Assembly (NCBI GenBank): GCA_044376115.1
Contig: JBILLK010000024.1
Span: forward strand, 104,598 to 168,597
Length of the DNA stretch: 64,000 nucleotides
Source of the DNA: Polyangiaceae bacterium
Lineage (GTDB): Bacteria > Myxococcota_A > Polyangia > Polyangiales > Polyangiaceae
Reading direction: 5' to 3'
Shown here: positions 1 to 10,658 of the stretch, piece by piece
Layout of the letters: each line of letters opens with the position of its first letter
How positions within the stretch are numbered: the first letter of the stretch is position 1
The notes under the pieces: model-generated
The model's database searches: none
The model's input: the letters and a program-made list of their open reading frames with translations, nothing else
Told to the model about the DNA's origin: nothing
Translations under genes and position numbers: made by a program

Positions 1-1156
<1,156 letters not shown>

Positions 1157-1179
1157 TCGCGGTCGAGGACACTCCCAGC

Positions 1180-2235
1180 GTGTCCCTTGGCCGAGCTCCA
1201 GACGAAGTGCAAAAGCTCCTCTCCCACCCCGGAGAGGAGCTTTGTGTGCGTTTGTTGGGCGCGCTCTCGGGCGAGACGCTGCTCGTCGCAGACGGTGCGC
1301 GGCTGCGCGGCTTTTGGAAGCCGAGCCTGCTCGCCGAGCTTGGCGAGCTCGCCGCGCCGGTGGACTTCACGCTCGAGCAGCAGGGGCTTCGCGAGGTCGT
1401 ACGCATCACCTCCGTCGACTTACCGGCGGGCCAGCTGGAGGTACCGACGAGCAGCTGGGATCGAGAGAATTTGGCGCAACTCAGCGCGCAGCTCGCCCAA
1501 GCGATATCCGCCCACGCTGAGCCCGCGCACGCGGTCGAAGCCGAGGCCGCTACGGAGCCCCCAGGCGAAGCGAGTGCAACAGCGCCATCCCTGCCAGGAA
1601 TCGTGGGCGCAGAGCCCGAAGCAACCGCGAGCCTCAATAGCGCGCAAGCCGAGCTGCTCACGCTGCTTGCTCGCCGCGTCCAGAACCCCTCCGAGCTGGC
1701 CTCGCTAAGGTCCGTTTTTCTCGGGCTCTTGACCACGCAGCTCGAGTCGAACGACCACGCCAGCGATCAGGCGTTGGTAGTTGAGCTGCGCGCTTTGCAT
1801 GAAGGGGCAAACGCAAAGGAGCGTGAGATGCTCGCCGTGGCGATCGAGCTCTGTCGCCGCGAGCAGATCGAAGCCCTGCTCGAGTACCTTGCCCAGAGTC
1901 GCGAGCGCACGTCAGTCCCGCTCCGGCTGGCCTGGGCCCACGCTATGCGGTTCTACGGGGACCCGAGCAAGGTTACTGGCGCTTTTGAACGCGCGCTCGA
2001 CGTTGGCGCACCGAACGAACTTTGCCAGCCCTTCATCTCGGCTCCGCCCCGGCAGAAGAAGAAGCGGAAACCGAAGGGCAAGCTCGCGGAGCAACAACAA
2101 CCTCGGAGTGACGCGCGCGACCACGAAGTGAGCGAGAACTCCGCCAGAGAAGCGCCGGACTCGTCGGATCGGAACTGGATGCTCCTGCTATTGGTGGCGC
2201 TTGTCGCTGCCGTCATTCATCACTTGAGCTGTTAA
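1180..2235 (+). CDS. hypothetical protein with C-terminal membrane anchor
   Basis: 351-aa ORF following tex; hydrophobic C-terminal WMLLLLVALVAAVI; start uncertain. Confidence 0.6.
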   Translation: MSLGRAPDEVQKLLSHPGEELCVRLLGALSGETLLVADGARLRGFWKPSLLAELGELAAPVDFTLEQQGLREVVRITSVDLPAGQLEVPTSSWDRENLAQLSAQLAQAISAHAEPAHAVEAEAATEPPGEASATAPSLPGIVGAEPEATASLNSAQAELLTLLARRVQNPSELASLRSVFLGLLTTQLESNDHASDQALVVELRALHEGANAKEREMLAVAIELCRREQIEALLEYLAQSRERTSVPLRLAWAHAMRFYGDPSKVTGAFERALDVGAPNELCQPFISAPPRQKKKRKPKGKLAEQQQPRSDARDHEVSENSAREAPDSSDRNWMLLLLVALVAAVIHHLSC

Positions 2236-2728
2236 CCTTGCCGGTACTGAGCAACGGCATCTCGACAATTTCGGCGTCATCCGCGTCAAAATGACTGACG
2301 TCGCTTTCTCGCCCTACGCCGTCGAAGCTGACCACGTTGACCTGCACTCGACCTTGCTCCGCCGCCCGCGCAAATCGGCTCGCAACGAAGGCGGAGACGC
2401 CCCGAGCGATCAACCGGCGGCTCGGCGGAAACAGGCACAAGAGCCCGAGCACGTCCGTCATGACCCCCGGCGTTGCCAGGAGCACGGCGCCCACCAGCAC
2501 CAACGCTCCTGACACCAAGCCGTCCTCCGGCATACGCAGTTCACCGAGCGCCCGCTTCCACTGCGAGAGAACTCGCAGGCCCTCCCGCTTACCCAAGTAC
2601 CCGCCAAGTAAGGCCACTGCGATGGTCAGAGCTACCGTGGGCCAAAACCCGAGCACATCACCGATCACCAGCAGCAGCCACAGATCCAAGAGCGGTAAAA
2701 CGATGAATAGCAGCGCCAGGTAGCCCAC
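2213..2728 (-). CDS. fxsA: FxsA family membrane protein
   Basis: LFIVLPLLDLWLL...GFWPTVAL...KREG...LLATPGVMTD pattern. Confidence 0.9.
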   Translation of the reverse strand: MGYLALLFIVLPLLDLWLLLVIGDVLGFWPTVALTIAVALLGGYLGKREGLRVLSQWKRALGELRMPEDGLVSGALVLVGAVLLATPGVMTDVLGLLCLFPPSRRLIARGVSAFVASRFARAAEQGRVQVNVVSFDGVGRESDVSHFDADDAEIVEMPLLSTGKVNSSSDE

Positions 2729-2806
2729 GGGCCGACACCATAACGATGGATTGCGCCACGTAAAGTCACCGCGGGCGAATCAGATTGAAACGTCCGCTGG
2801 TTCGAG

Positions 2807-3196
2807 TCAGCGGTCTCGCTCGTTCTTCAGCATCGTCGTCTCGCCGCAGAATACCAGCGGCGAGCTATCCGGGTTCTTCGCCGCGAAGGCCTTCGCGAAC
2901 GAATTGCAATCGCTTCCGCTCTTGCAGCGCACTCCCACCGCCTCGGTGGTGCCGGACTTGCCTGGATAGGCAAGCTCCCACGAGACCACGGTAACCTCGA
3001 TCGGAAGTCGACTGGCCGAGGCAAAATTGCGGATGCGCTCAGCCGGTGCGTTGTCGCCCGTTCCACCGAGTAGAATCGCTCGCGCGCTACTGCACTCCGA
3101 TTTGGTCTCGGTCACGTTGCCTGCGAGCGCGGGGAGCGCCACCGCCAACGTCAGCATTGAAGCCACCACAACCACGCTGCGAATCTTCGAAATCAT
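2807..3196 (-). CDS. secreted hypothetical protein
   Basis: ATG 3196 with GGAGG SD; signal peptide MISKIRSVVVVASMLTLAVALPALA; 4 Cys. Confidence 0.7.
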   Translation of the reverse strand: MISKIRSVVVVASMLTLAVALPALAGNVTETKSECSSARAILLGGTGDNAPAERIRNFASASRLPIEVTVVSWELAYPGKSGTTEAVGVRCKSGSDCNSFAKAFAAKNPDSSPLVFCGETTMLKNERDR

Positions 3197-3341
3197 CGAG
3201 CTATTTCCTCCCGCCCAGGAGCTGCTCTCGCTGGGCTCCCTCGATACGCCTGGCGGCGTTCGCGCCTTCCCAACCTCGAGCAAGCGGCGAACGAACCCGC
3301 GGCGTCTTGTATGTTCGCGGCGGAACGCCGACAATCCGCTG

Positions 3342-4046
3342 GTGAAGTCCACCTGTACCTGGTTCCTGCTTTCGGTGGCGTTGGGCTGTGCCAGCAACGT
3401 CGAGCGACAAACCGGTGGTTCGGATAGCACCTCCGATTCCGGAGGTGCCTCGGCGGGCGGCGCCAGCTCGATCTCCGCCAGCAGCAGCAGCAGCAGCGGC
3501 GGTTCGAACGTAGCCGGCAGCGCCGGGGACGGCGGCAGCGTTGGCGACGGTGGTAGCTCGAGCTCGGGCCAAACCATCTGCAACGACTTCGGCTCAGAAT
3601 GCACCGCGTGCGTCGCCGTTGAGTGCCCGGTTGATTGGTGCAACTGCGTGGCCAACCCCGATTGCCTCGCCTTGTTTCCCTGTGCGGCGGATTGCAACGG
3701 CGACCAAGCGTGCAACCAACAGTGCCTCAGCACTCATGAGGCAGGAGCGTCAGCCGCTTTGTTAGTCGCGAGCTGCAGTGGTGGCCCCTGTGCAACTAGC
3801 TGCCCGAACGGCGGGGAACAGGCTGGCCCATGTGAAGAGTGCCTCTACCAACAGTGCGAAGACATCACTAATAGCTGCTTCGCCGAGCCTGCCTGCTTCG
3901 GACTTTGGAATTGTCTCAAAGCCTGCCCCGACGCCGATCTGGAGTGCCAAAACGGCTGCTACAACACGCACGAGCAAGGCATCGACGAGCTGCAGGCGGT
4001 GATCGATTGCGCTGGCTCGACCTGCGATTCATCGTGCCCCAACTGA
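3342..4046 (+). CDS. Cys-rich lipoprotein with Gly/Ser linker
   Basis: GTG start, lipobox VALGC, G/S linker, repeated CxxC...C(x3)C Cys-rich units. Confidence 0.75.
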   Translation: MKSTCTWFLLSVALGCASNVERQTGGSDSTSDSGGASAGGASSISASSSSSSGGSNVAGSAGDGGSVGDGGSSSSGQTICNDFGSECTACVAVECPVDWCNCVANPDCLALFPCAADCNGDQACNQQCLSTHEAGASAALLVASCSGGPCATSCPNGGEQAGPCEECLYQQCEDITNSCFAEPACFGLWNCLKACPDADLECQNGCYNTHEQGIDELQAVIDCAGSTCDSSCPN

Positions 4047-4190
4047 GCTCTGCGCAAAGCTTGCGTCGCACACGCAAAGACGCGCAGGCCCTCAGTCTCT
4101 AGCCACGAATCTTCAACTCTCGAGAATCCTTTGTTCGGCCAGCGACTCTTACCTGCAGACCCAAACAGAAAGGGTCTGGAGGCTGAGACC

Positions 4191-4400
4191 ATGTTGGAAC
4201 GCATTTTCCCCAATAATGAGCACGTCGTGGAGCGCATGCTGCGCGTGGTGATTGGCCTTGCCGTCATCTCGCTCGCATTTGTAGGCCCGCAGACGCCCTG
4301 GGCTTGGTTCGGCTTGGTTCCCCTCGCCACGGGTATTCTCGGGAGTTGCCCACTCTATACGCTCTTCGGCATCAGCACCTGTCGGGTCAAAGCTCGCTAA
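4191..4400 (+). CDS. DUF2892 / YgaP-like membrane protein
   Basis: NE..VERMLRVVIG...GLVPLATG..GSCPLYTLFGISTC signature; GGAGG SD. Confidence 0.9.
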   Translation: MLERIFPNNEHVVERMLRVVIGLAVISLAFVGPQTPWAWFGLVPLATGILGSCPLYTLFGISTCRVKAR

Positions 4401-4417
4401 GGCTGATGCGGGCATAG

Positions 4418-4999
4418 ATGGTGCTACTGGACGGCGCAATGAACGAGCTGGAGTCAGACGCTGGGGATCGCGAGGCACTCGCCGAGGTTGCGATCCCCAA
4501 TTCTCACGGGCTTGAGAAGCTGCTGAACCGTCACGGGCCAGCGCTATTGCGCTATCTGCGGACGCTTCTCCCAGCTTCCGCTGCAGAGGATGCGCTGCAG
4601 GAGACCTTCCTCGCCGTCTTCCGCGGAGCGCAGGGCTTTCGCGGTGAAGGAAGCGTGCGCGGCTGGCTTTACACCATTGCTCGCAATACGGCGTTCAAAC
4701 TACGCCGTCATCAGCGTGAAGAGCCGAAGGACCTCGAGGATATTGATGCTCTTGGCACCGCTGCGGGCTGGGGAGCGTCAGAGCGGCCAGATGATCTGCT
4801 TTCGACGCAAGAGCAGCATCAGGCGCTCGCTACAGCGCTCACCCAGCTGGACCCATTCGATCAAGAGATCTTGGTCTTACGCGACATGGACGGGCTTTCC
4901 GGCGAGGAGACTGCAAAGATATTGGGTATTGGACTACCTGCAGCGAAGAGTCGACTTCATCGAGCACGACTCAAATTGATTGGAGCCTTGCCGCGATGA
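4418..4999 (+). CDS. ECF RNA polymerase sigma-70 factor
   Basis: AEDALQETF, WLYTIARN (region 2); ETAKILGI..AAKSRLHRAR (region 4.2). Confidence 0.93.
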   Translation: MVLLDGAMNELESDAGDREALAEVAIPNSHGLEKLLNRHGPALLRYLRTLLPASAAEDALQETFLAVFRGAQGFRGEGSVRGWLYTIARNTAFKLRRHQREEPKDLEDIDALGTAAGWGASERPDDLLSTQEQHQALATALTQLDPFDQEILVLRDMDGLSGEETAKILGIGLPAAKSRLHRARLKLIGALPR

Positions 5000-5256
5000 A
5001 CCTCAATCGACGCGTTGGTAGCTTTACTTGTGCAGAGGTGCTTGCCCGGCTATCCGCCTACTTGGATGGAGAGCTCGCCGAGTCGGAGCTCACGCAACTC
5101 GCTGAGCACGTGCAGGGCTGCTCGACCTGCGAGACCTTTGGCGCCCGCTTCGGCCGCATCATCAAGGAGCTGCGTGGGCAACCACTGCCGGCGCTCGACG
5201 AGGCCGCAAAGGCGCGCGTTCTCAAGCTGTGCACGGAGAGCAACCGAGAAGGTTGA
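4996..5256 (+). CDS. zf-HC2 (ZAS) soluble anti-sigma factor
   Basis: C..V..RLSAYLDGEL...HVQGCSTC (HxxxCxxC); ATGA overlap with the sigma gene. Confidence 0.88.
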   Translation: MNLNRRVGSFTCAEVLARLSAYLDGELAESELTQLAEHVQGCSTCETFGARFGRIIKELRGQPLPALDEAAKARVLKLCTESNREG

Positions 5257-5287
5257 CCCTTGTTTGCCGGCGGCCTCTCATCCTGCG

Positions 5288-6736
5288 GTGAGCCGCCTTC
5301 CATCCCCAGAGCGAACGCAAATCGACGCCGTTCGCTGGAACGCACGGGTTTGCGCTGCAAGCCTCGCCCTCGGCGTCAGCTGCGCACCGCCGCAAGACCG
5401 GCCGCCCGCTCGCCAAGCGCTGCAAGCTGCGCCCAGCGCCGTTCGTCTTCCAACCGCGACGGCACAGCCGCAGTCGGCCGCTCCCCCCGACCTCGACCTC
5501 GATGCAGGCGACCCGCGCAGGCCGGCTCCAACCTTGCGCTTCACGCTCGAGACCGCCAAACAGGCGCAACCCACCTTCATCGCGCCAGGGCCGGACGCGA
5601 GCGTTTGGTTCGTCGAAAGTTCAGGCCGCCTGCGCAAAGTCTCTGCAACAGGCACGGTCGAGCTTTCCACCGTGTTCGCAAAAGGCCAGTGGCTGCTGAG
5701 CGACGCAGCTTCCTCCCCGACGGGAGAGCTGGCCCTGATCGGCCTATTCAACGAACTACAGCTCGGCGGAACGCGCGTCCCGCATCGTAAGGACTTTAGC
5801 GACTTCTCCGGCCTCCGCGGCGCCTTCGTCGCGCGCTTGGATAACAATGCAAAACCGCTGTTCTTGCGCTCGCTCCCGTCCGCCATGCGGGAGGTGCTAG
5901 CGCTTGGCGAGAAGACGGTGCTCGCTGGCTTCGGCGGCGGCACGGCGAAGCCAGATGCCCCTGATCCGATCGAAAGCCTGCAAGGCTTCTTCCTCGCCGG
6001 GCTCGGTAAGGACGGCGCGGCGCAATGGGCTAACAGCACCGACCCAGGGCAACTACGCGCTAGCGGTGACGGTTTTACCTTTATATCGTCAAGCACTGGC
6101 TCACACGTGGAGGTCTCCAGCTGGTCGCAAGAGGGCACACAGATGGCGAGCCACCGCGTGCCTTACAAGGCGCGCATCGACCACGCCGCTGCGCATCGTG
6201 GTCAGGTGGCCTTGGGCTTCGAGATGTTGGCGAGCAGTGGCCCGCCCGACTTCGGCACAGGGCCGCTTCCGCGCGGTTTTGGTTTTGGCGTCGCACAACT
6301 GGGTATGGCGCCGGAGCCTGCGGTCGGTTGGATTCGCTTGTTCGACGGCGAGGCCCCGCGCAGGTTCCAAGAGCTGCTCAACGTGGCTCCGACGCCAGAA
6401 GGTGGCACCGTAGTCGCGACGCTCTGGCTCCACGCCGAGGCTGCCGAGCTACCGCCCGACACAGCGCCGCCTGTGAAGGGCGTCGCTGTCGACCTGGAGC
6501 TACTTGAACTGGATGACCAAGGGCACCTCGCGTGGTCCTTGCGACAGCTTTTACCCGATAGCTGCCACGCTGGGCTGCAGGGGCAGGACGCCCCCACGAC
6601 CAACGTAACGGCGGATGTCCTCGTGACGAGCAACCGGGCGTACGTAGCCATCAATTGCGGCATGGTCGAGACCTACGCTGGAGCCTTTGGTGACAACCGC
6701 GCATGGCTCTACGGTTGGCAACGCGAGCCTGAGTGA
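5288..6736 (+). CDS. putative lipoprotein, beta-propeller-like
   Basis: Lipobox-like LALGVSC, Pro/Ala linker, beta-rich repeats (AFVARLD, FFLAGLGKDGAAQW); start uncertain. Confidence 0.6.
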   Translation: MSRLPSPERTQIDAVRWNARVCAASLALGVSCAPPQDRPPARQALQAAPSAVRLPTATAQPQSAAPPDLDLDAGDPRRPAPTLRFTLETAKQAQPTFIAPGPDASVWFVESSGRLRKVSATGTVELSTVFAKGQWLLSDAASSPTGELALIGLFNELQLGGTRVPHRKDFSDFSGLRGAFVARLDNNAKPLFLRSLPSAMREVLALGEKTVLAGFGGGTAKPDAPDPIESLQGFFLAGLGKDGAAQWANSTDPGQLRASGDGFTFISSSTGSHVEVSSWSQEGTQMASHRVPYKARIDHAAAHRGQVALGFEMLASSGPPDFGTGPLPRGFGFGVAQLGMAPEPAVGWIRLFDGEAPRRFQELLNVAPTPEGGTVVATLWLHAEAAELPPDTAPPVKGVAVDLELLELDDQGHLAWSLRQLLPDSCHAGLQGQDAPTTNVTADVLVTSNRAYVAINCGMVETYAGAFGDNRAWLYGWQREPE

Positions 6737-6809
6737 CTCACCTTCCGCGCGATGGCGTCGCTGGAGGGTGCTAGCTTGGCCGCTACTCTCGCCCATGAAG
6801 GATTTAGCT

Positions 6810-7337
6810 ATGAACGGTTTGGTTCAACGAGTCGGTGCGACGGTGGTCGCGATGGCAATCGGATGCAGCTCTTCCACGCCTCCAGGCGAATCTCCGCCGA
6901 GCGCCAAGAGCACCGCTACCGCACAGCAGACGGCAGCAGCGGTAGACGCCGGAACCGCTACCGCGCAAACGACCTCTATTGCACCAACGGCGACGGCAAC
7001 CGCCGCTGACTCCGCTACCCCGAGCACGGCCGCGGGGCTATGCAAACTCGGGAAGAACTGGGACGCCTGTGCCGACCAGCAGGTTGAGCTGATCGGTGAA
7101 AAGGCCAAGATGGTCAGTGAACACCCAATGGCGACGATGCCCGGGTCCAAGCAGGTACAAGACTACATTGATACCGAGGGCCGCCAGGTGGTCGTACTCA
7201 CCGAAAAGGCGATTGCCTGCAAGGGCAAGCTAACTGCCACGGGGACGCTGCGCTCGGTCAAGCTCGGCGGCGCTCCAGGGACGCGCGGGAGCTATGAGGG
7301 TTACCGTTTGGACAACGCCGTCATCGTTTGCAGATAG
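6810..7337 (+). CDS. putative lipoprotein
   Basis: MNGLVQRVGATVVAMAIGC lipobox, Thr/Ala linker, small beta domain. Confidence 0.7.
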   Translation: MNGLVQRVGATVVAMAIGCSSSTPPGESPPSAKSTATAQQTAAAVDAGTATAQTTSIAPTATATAADSATPSTAAGLCKLGKNWDACADQQVELIGEKAKMVSEHPMATMPGSKQVQDYIDTEGRQVVVLTEKAIACKGKLTATGTLRSVKLGGAPGTRGSYEGYRLDNAVIVCR

Positions 7338-7340
7338 CCA

Positions 7341-8318
7341 TTAACTCAGCTGATCGGCAAACATCGCGCAGTCGATGTGGCGGGGGTCGAAGGGCAGCGC
7401 GAGCATCTCGCGCCGCTCGTGCGGCTCGGCGTAGACCTCGACCCAGTCAGCGAAGCGAGTTGGGTAATAGTTTCGCTCGGCGACCAAACACTGACCGCGC
7501 TCCCACAAGTCGCTCACGCTGGAGAGCGCCTGCCGAGTCGGCTCGTGCAAGCAGCCGGCAATGGCTTTATCCACCGCCGAGCGACTAAAGACCGAACGAA
7601 TCGAACCACCATTCGCTTGTTTGGGCGGACGGGGGAACCCGCCCATCCAGATAGGAACCTCCGCCAGCCTTTGACGAGCAAATGGGTCCACGGGTCGCCC
7701 GTCCAACCAAACGTTGAAGTGGATATGAGGGATACCCCAGGGGAAGGTGATAAAGCCGTCCAATCCACTATAGCCGGAAACGGCGAAGGGCTCGCCAGTG
7801 CGCAGGGGCTGTCCCACCTTCACCAAACTCCGCGCTAAGTGCGCGGAAGACGTGGTGAGACCATCGCCATGATCGATGGCGATTTTGAGCCCTCCGCGAT
7901 TGAACTCGCTCCACACCCGCGCAACGACGCCAGCAGCTGGTGCGCACACGAGCGAGCCAACCGGGATGCATAAGTCTGTCCCGTTGTGACTGTCATAGGT
8001 CGCCCCTAAACCGCGGAAGTCTTCAACCTGGGTGCGCTTGACGCTCCAGCCATTCGCCGTGGGCGTCTGCCGGTGATTGAACAGGTTCGTCAGGAGGGCT
8101 GTGCGGGGGACCACGAATCTCCCGCGCCAGAGCGGGATGCCCAGCCGCGGGCGCAACAAGGCCAGGCTCGATCGGTCGTAGTGCGACTTTGGGAGCTGCT
8201 CACCGCCAGCAATCGCCAACATCGCTTGCCGCGCGCGTAGCGAAAGCGGCAAGAGCCCCATCGCTTCCGCCAAGGTGGGAGGGGCAAAGGACGTGGGCGG
8301 CGGCTCGGCGTTGGACAT
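7341..8318 (-). CDS. M23 family metallopeptidase
   Basis: HNGTD (HxxxD), PAAGVV, IDHG, SAHL, PHIH (HxH), VDPF motifs. Confidence 0.88.
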   Translation of the reverse strand: MSNAEPPPTSFAPPTLAEAMGLLPLSLRARQAMLAIAGGEQLPKSHYDRSSLALLRPRLGIPLWRGRFVVPRTALLTNLFNHRQTPTANGWSVKRTQVEDFRGLGATYDSHNGTDLCIPVGSLVCAPAAGVVARVWSEFNRGGLKIAIDHGDGLTTSSAHLARSLVKVGQPLRTGEPFAVSGYSGLDGFITFPWGIPHIHFNVWLDGRPVDPFARQRLAEVPIWMGGFPRPPKQANGGSIRSVFSRSAVDKAIAGCLHEPTRQALSSVSDLWERGQCLVAERNYYPTRFADWVEVYAEPHERREMLALPFDPRHIDCAMFADQLS

Positions 8319-8406
8319 GAGTTTGCGTTTCCTTGTGCGAGGCCGTGATCGAAACGGGCAATCGCGTCACCAATAGCTTGGGTCTCGCGACCTACAAAGG
8401 TCCCTC

Positions 8407-9225
8407 ATGCGAAGTTTAGCGACGAATAGCTCCACGATGCCGGACAGAGACCGATGGCGTATACCGTTTCCTAAGCTGCCGAGTTTCTTGAAGCCGGTAG
8501 CGGGCTATTGGGGGCTCGGCGGAGCCCCGCGGAGCTACGAGGAGCGCCACCGCTTCATGCAACAACACTTCCCCTCAGCGGTCGTGCGTCTACAGATCAT
8601 GATGTGTTTCGCAGCGCGAGCGCTGCCCGTTTTCGAGCAGGCGTTTCCGGAGGACGAACGGCCGCGGCAAGCCATGCTGGAGGCCTCGCGATACGCTCGA
8701 CTAGCGGCCCCTACCGCAGTCGATCGCTCGAGGCTCCACAAGGCGCTCGACCTCGCCTACCGCGCAGCCGACAGCGCGCACGAATCCGCCTATGCCCCTT
8801 ACGATTCGCTCGGTATCGCGTCCGCCTTCGCGAATGGCTTTGATCGCCGCATCCGCGCGGGGATGGCGGCCTACGCCTGTGCGTCGCTCGACGCATTTTA
8901 CGAGTCAGCGCCGCCGCCCGGCGCGAGCTCCACCTGGGCGGATGACGCAGCGCTCGCTTCCGAGGATCCCGCGGAGGAGCGCGAGAATCAGTCGCGACTC
9001 ATCGCGCTCTTTCTGCCTGCTGGAGAGTGGTCAGCGAGCTGGTCCAGCGAGCGGCTTCGGAGCCTTGCGCAACTTGCAATGGAGGACGCCGAGCGCGCCG
9101 GCGAGCTGGCCGACGCACTCGAACAAGCAGGCTGCAAACATGAGTTCGTGTTGTCACCGCTGCGGCAGTGCCCGCAGCTGCTCTCCGCGGGGACGTGGCT
9201 ATGGTCGAAGCTCTGCCCGAGCTGA
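8407..9225 (+). CDS. Imm5-like putative immunity protein
   Basis: ARALPVFEQAFPEDERPRQAM resembles the Imm5-like family motif; Ala-rich helices. Confidence 0.55.
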   Translation: MRSLATNSSTMPDRDRWRIPFPKLPSFLKPVAGYWGLGGAPRSYEERHRFMQQHFPSAVVRLQIMMCFAARALPVFEQAFPEDERPRQAMLEASRYARLAAPTAVDRSRLHKALDLAYRAADSAHESAYAPYDSLGIASAFANGFDRRIRAGMAAYACASLDAFYESAPPPGASSTWADDAALASEDPAEERENQSRLIALFLPAGEWSASWSSERLRSLAQLAMEDAERAGELADALEQAGCKHEFVLSPLRQCPQLLSAGTWLWSKLCPS

Positions 9226-9227
9226 AC

Positions 9228-10658
9228 TCACGGATCTTTGCAGCAGCGAAAGCCGATATTGGGTAGCAGGGTCGTCTCGACGGCGCGGGGCACGAGATCG
9301 ATGGTGCAGGCGAGCCCCAACTCGGGGGATAGATAAGAGCCGCCGCTCAAGGCGAAGATGCGGTTGGGGCTGGGAGCTGCGTTGGTCTGGGTGCTCGTCC
9401 ACTCGGCCAAGTTGCCAGAGGCGTCAAACACCGCCCCCGGCGTAGCGCAAGCGACCTCGGTGCCGGTGGGCATGGCCGCACCGATGACGTTGTCCACACC
9501 ATTGCAGGTCGTCCCAACGTAGCCGTCGCCATAGGGGTAGTCCGTGTCGCCCGTGCCTCTACATGCCGCCTCGAGCTCATCCAAGGTACAAACGCGGAAG
9601 CCGGTTCCCCGGGCCTCACACCCAGCCTTGGCCTCCTCGAAGCCGGCCGCCGCCCATGGCAGCACATTGGGATTGGAGCAGGCGACGCTCTCGAGGAGCC
9701 CTGCAGAGCCAGCCTGGGCGTCGGGCCGAGAGGCTTCATAGCGATCAACCATCACCCCACCGCCGTTTGGGATGAGCACCATGCTGAAGGCGCTAGGCAA
9801 TAGCCCATTATCCACGAGCCCATCACAATCGTTGTCGATGCCGTCGCAGGCCTCAGCTGCAGCCACGCCTGGCAGCGGCGGCGCGCTCAAGTCACACGTG
9901 GTCTTCTGCGGATCAACGGGGTCACAAACCACGAGACCAGCGTCTTGGCACTGCCCCAAGGCCAGATCGGTGCAGACGCTGCCCAACGCAGTAAACCACT
10001 CATCAGCCGTGCCATCGCAGTTACCGTCGAGATTGTCGCACAGCGTCTCGGTCAGCCGAATGAAGCCCGAGACCGTCTCTACCTCCGGCGGGTACTCACA
10101 GGACCAGCCGGTTTGCCCGTTGCAAACCACCAACGTGTTTTCGCAAGGCGTCCCCAACGTTGTATTGCAGAGAGCGTCGGGGACCTCCAAGTCCGGGTCG
10201 GCGGAGTCAATCAGTGAGTCGCAATCATTGTCGACTCCGTCGCACAACTCGACGCCGGGTACCGGCACCGGACAGGCGTACTCGCAGCCGTTCTGCGGTA
10301 AGCCATCAATATCGTATTGGCCTTCCAAACAGGCCTGTACGAGGCACTCACCGGCGAGGCAAAGCGGAATGGCGCCGGCGGGAGCACAAGGCACGCCGCA
10401 AGCGCCGCAGTTCTCGAGCGACATCTCGGTATCGCCGCAGTCCATCCCTCCGCCATTACCGCCGGTGATGAACCCGCCTCCGAAGGCGCCGCCGCTGCCC
10501 GCAGCAGCCCCCTCCCCTCCGCTGCCCCCGTTGGGCCCGCCACCAACACTCGAGCCGTCCTCGCATTCGGAGAAGCAGTAGGCCTTGATGTCGCAGCCTG
10601 CCGCAAAAAGCAGCAGCAGCCCGAGTGCACGCTTCGATCGCGCTGACGTGACGTTCAT
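9228..10658 (-). CDS. Cys-rich lipoprotein with CDGxDNDCD repeats and C-terminal FGE-sulfatase (SUMF1-like) domain
   Basis: Lipobox FAAGC; ELCDGVDNDCD/EACDGIDNDCD; VDRYEAS, GNLAEW, NIGFRCC; ATGA overlap with the upstream gene. Confidence 0.85.
   Translation of the reverse strand: MNVTSARSKRALGLLLLFAAGCDIKAYCFSECEDGSSVGGGPNGGSGGEGAAAGSGGAFGGGFITGGNGGGMDCGDTEMSLENCGACGVPCAPAGAIPLCLAGECLVQACLEGQYDIDGLPQNGCEYACPVPVPGVELCDGVDNDCDSLIDSADPDLEVPDALCNTTLGTPCENTLVVCNGQTGWSCEYPPEVETVSGFIRLTETLCDNLDGNCDGTADEWFTALGSVCTDLALGQCQDAGLVVCDPVDPQKTTCDLSAPPLPGVAAAEACDGIDNDCDGLVDNGLLPSAFSMVLIPNGGGVMVDRYEASRPDAQAGSAGLLESVACSNPNVLPWAAAGFEEAKAGCEARGTGFRVCTLDELEAACRGTGDTDYPYGDGYVGTTCNGVDNVIGAAMPTGTEVACATPGAVFDASGNLAEWTSTQTNAAPSPNRIFALSGGSYLSPELGLACTIDLVPRAVETTLLPNIGFRCCKDP

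Noticed and set aside
3479..3497. (CAG)n microsatellite as a phase-variation site
   Set aside because: In-frame triplet encoding poly-Ser in a linker; slippage would not switch expression
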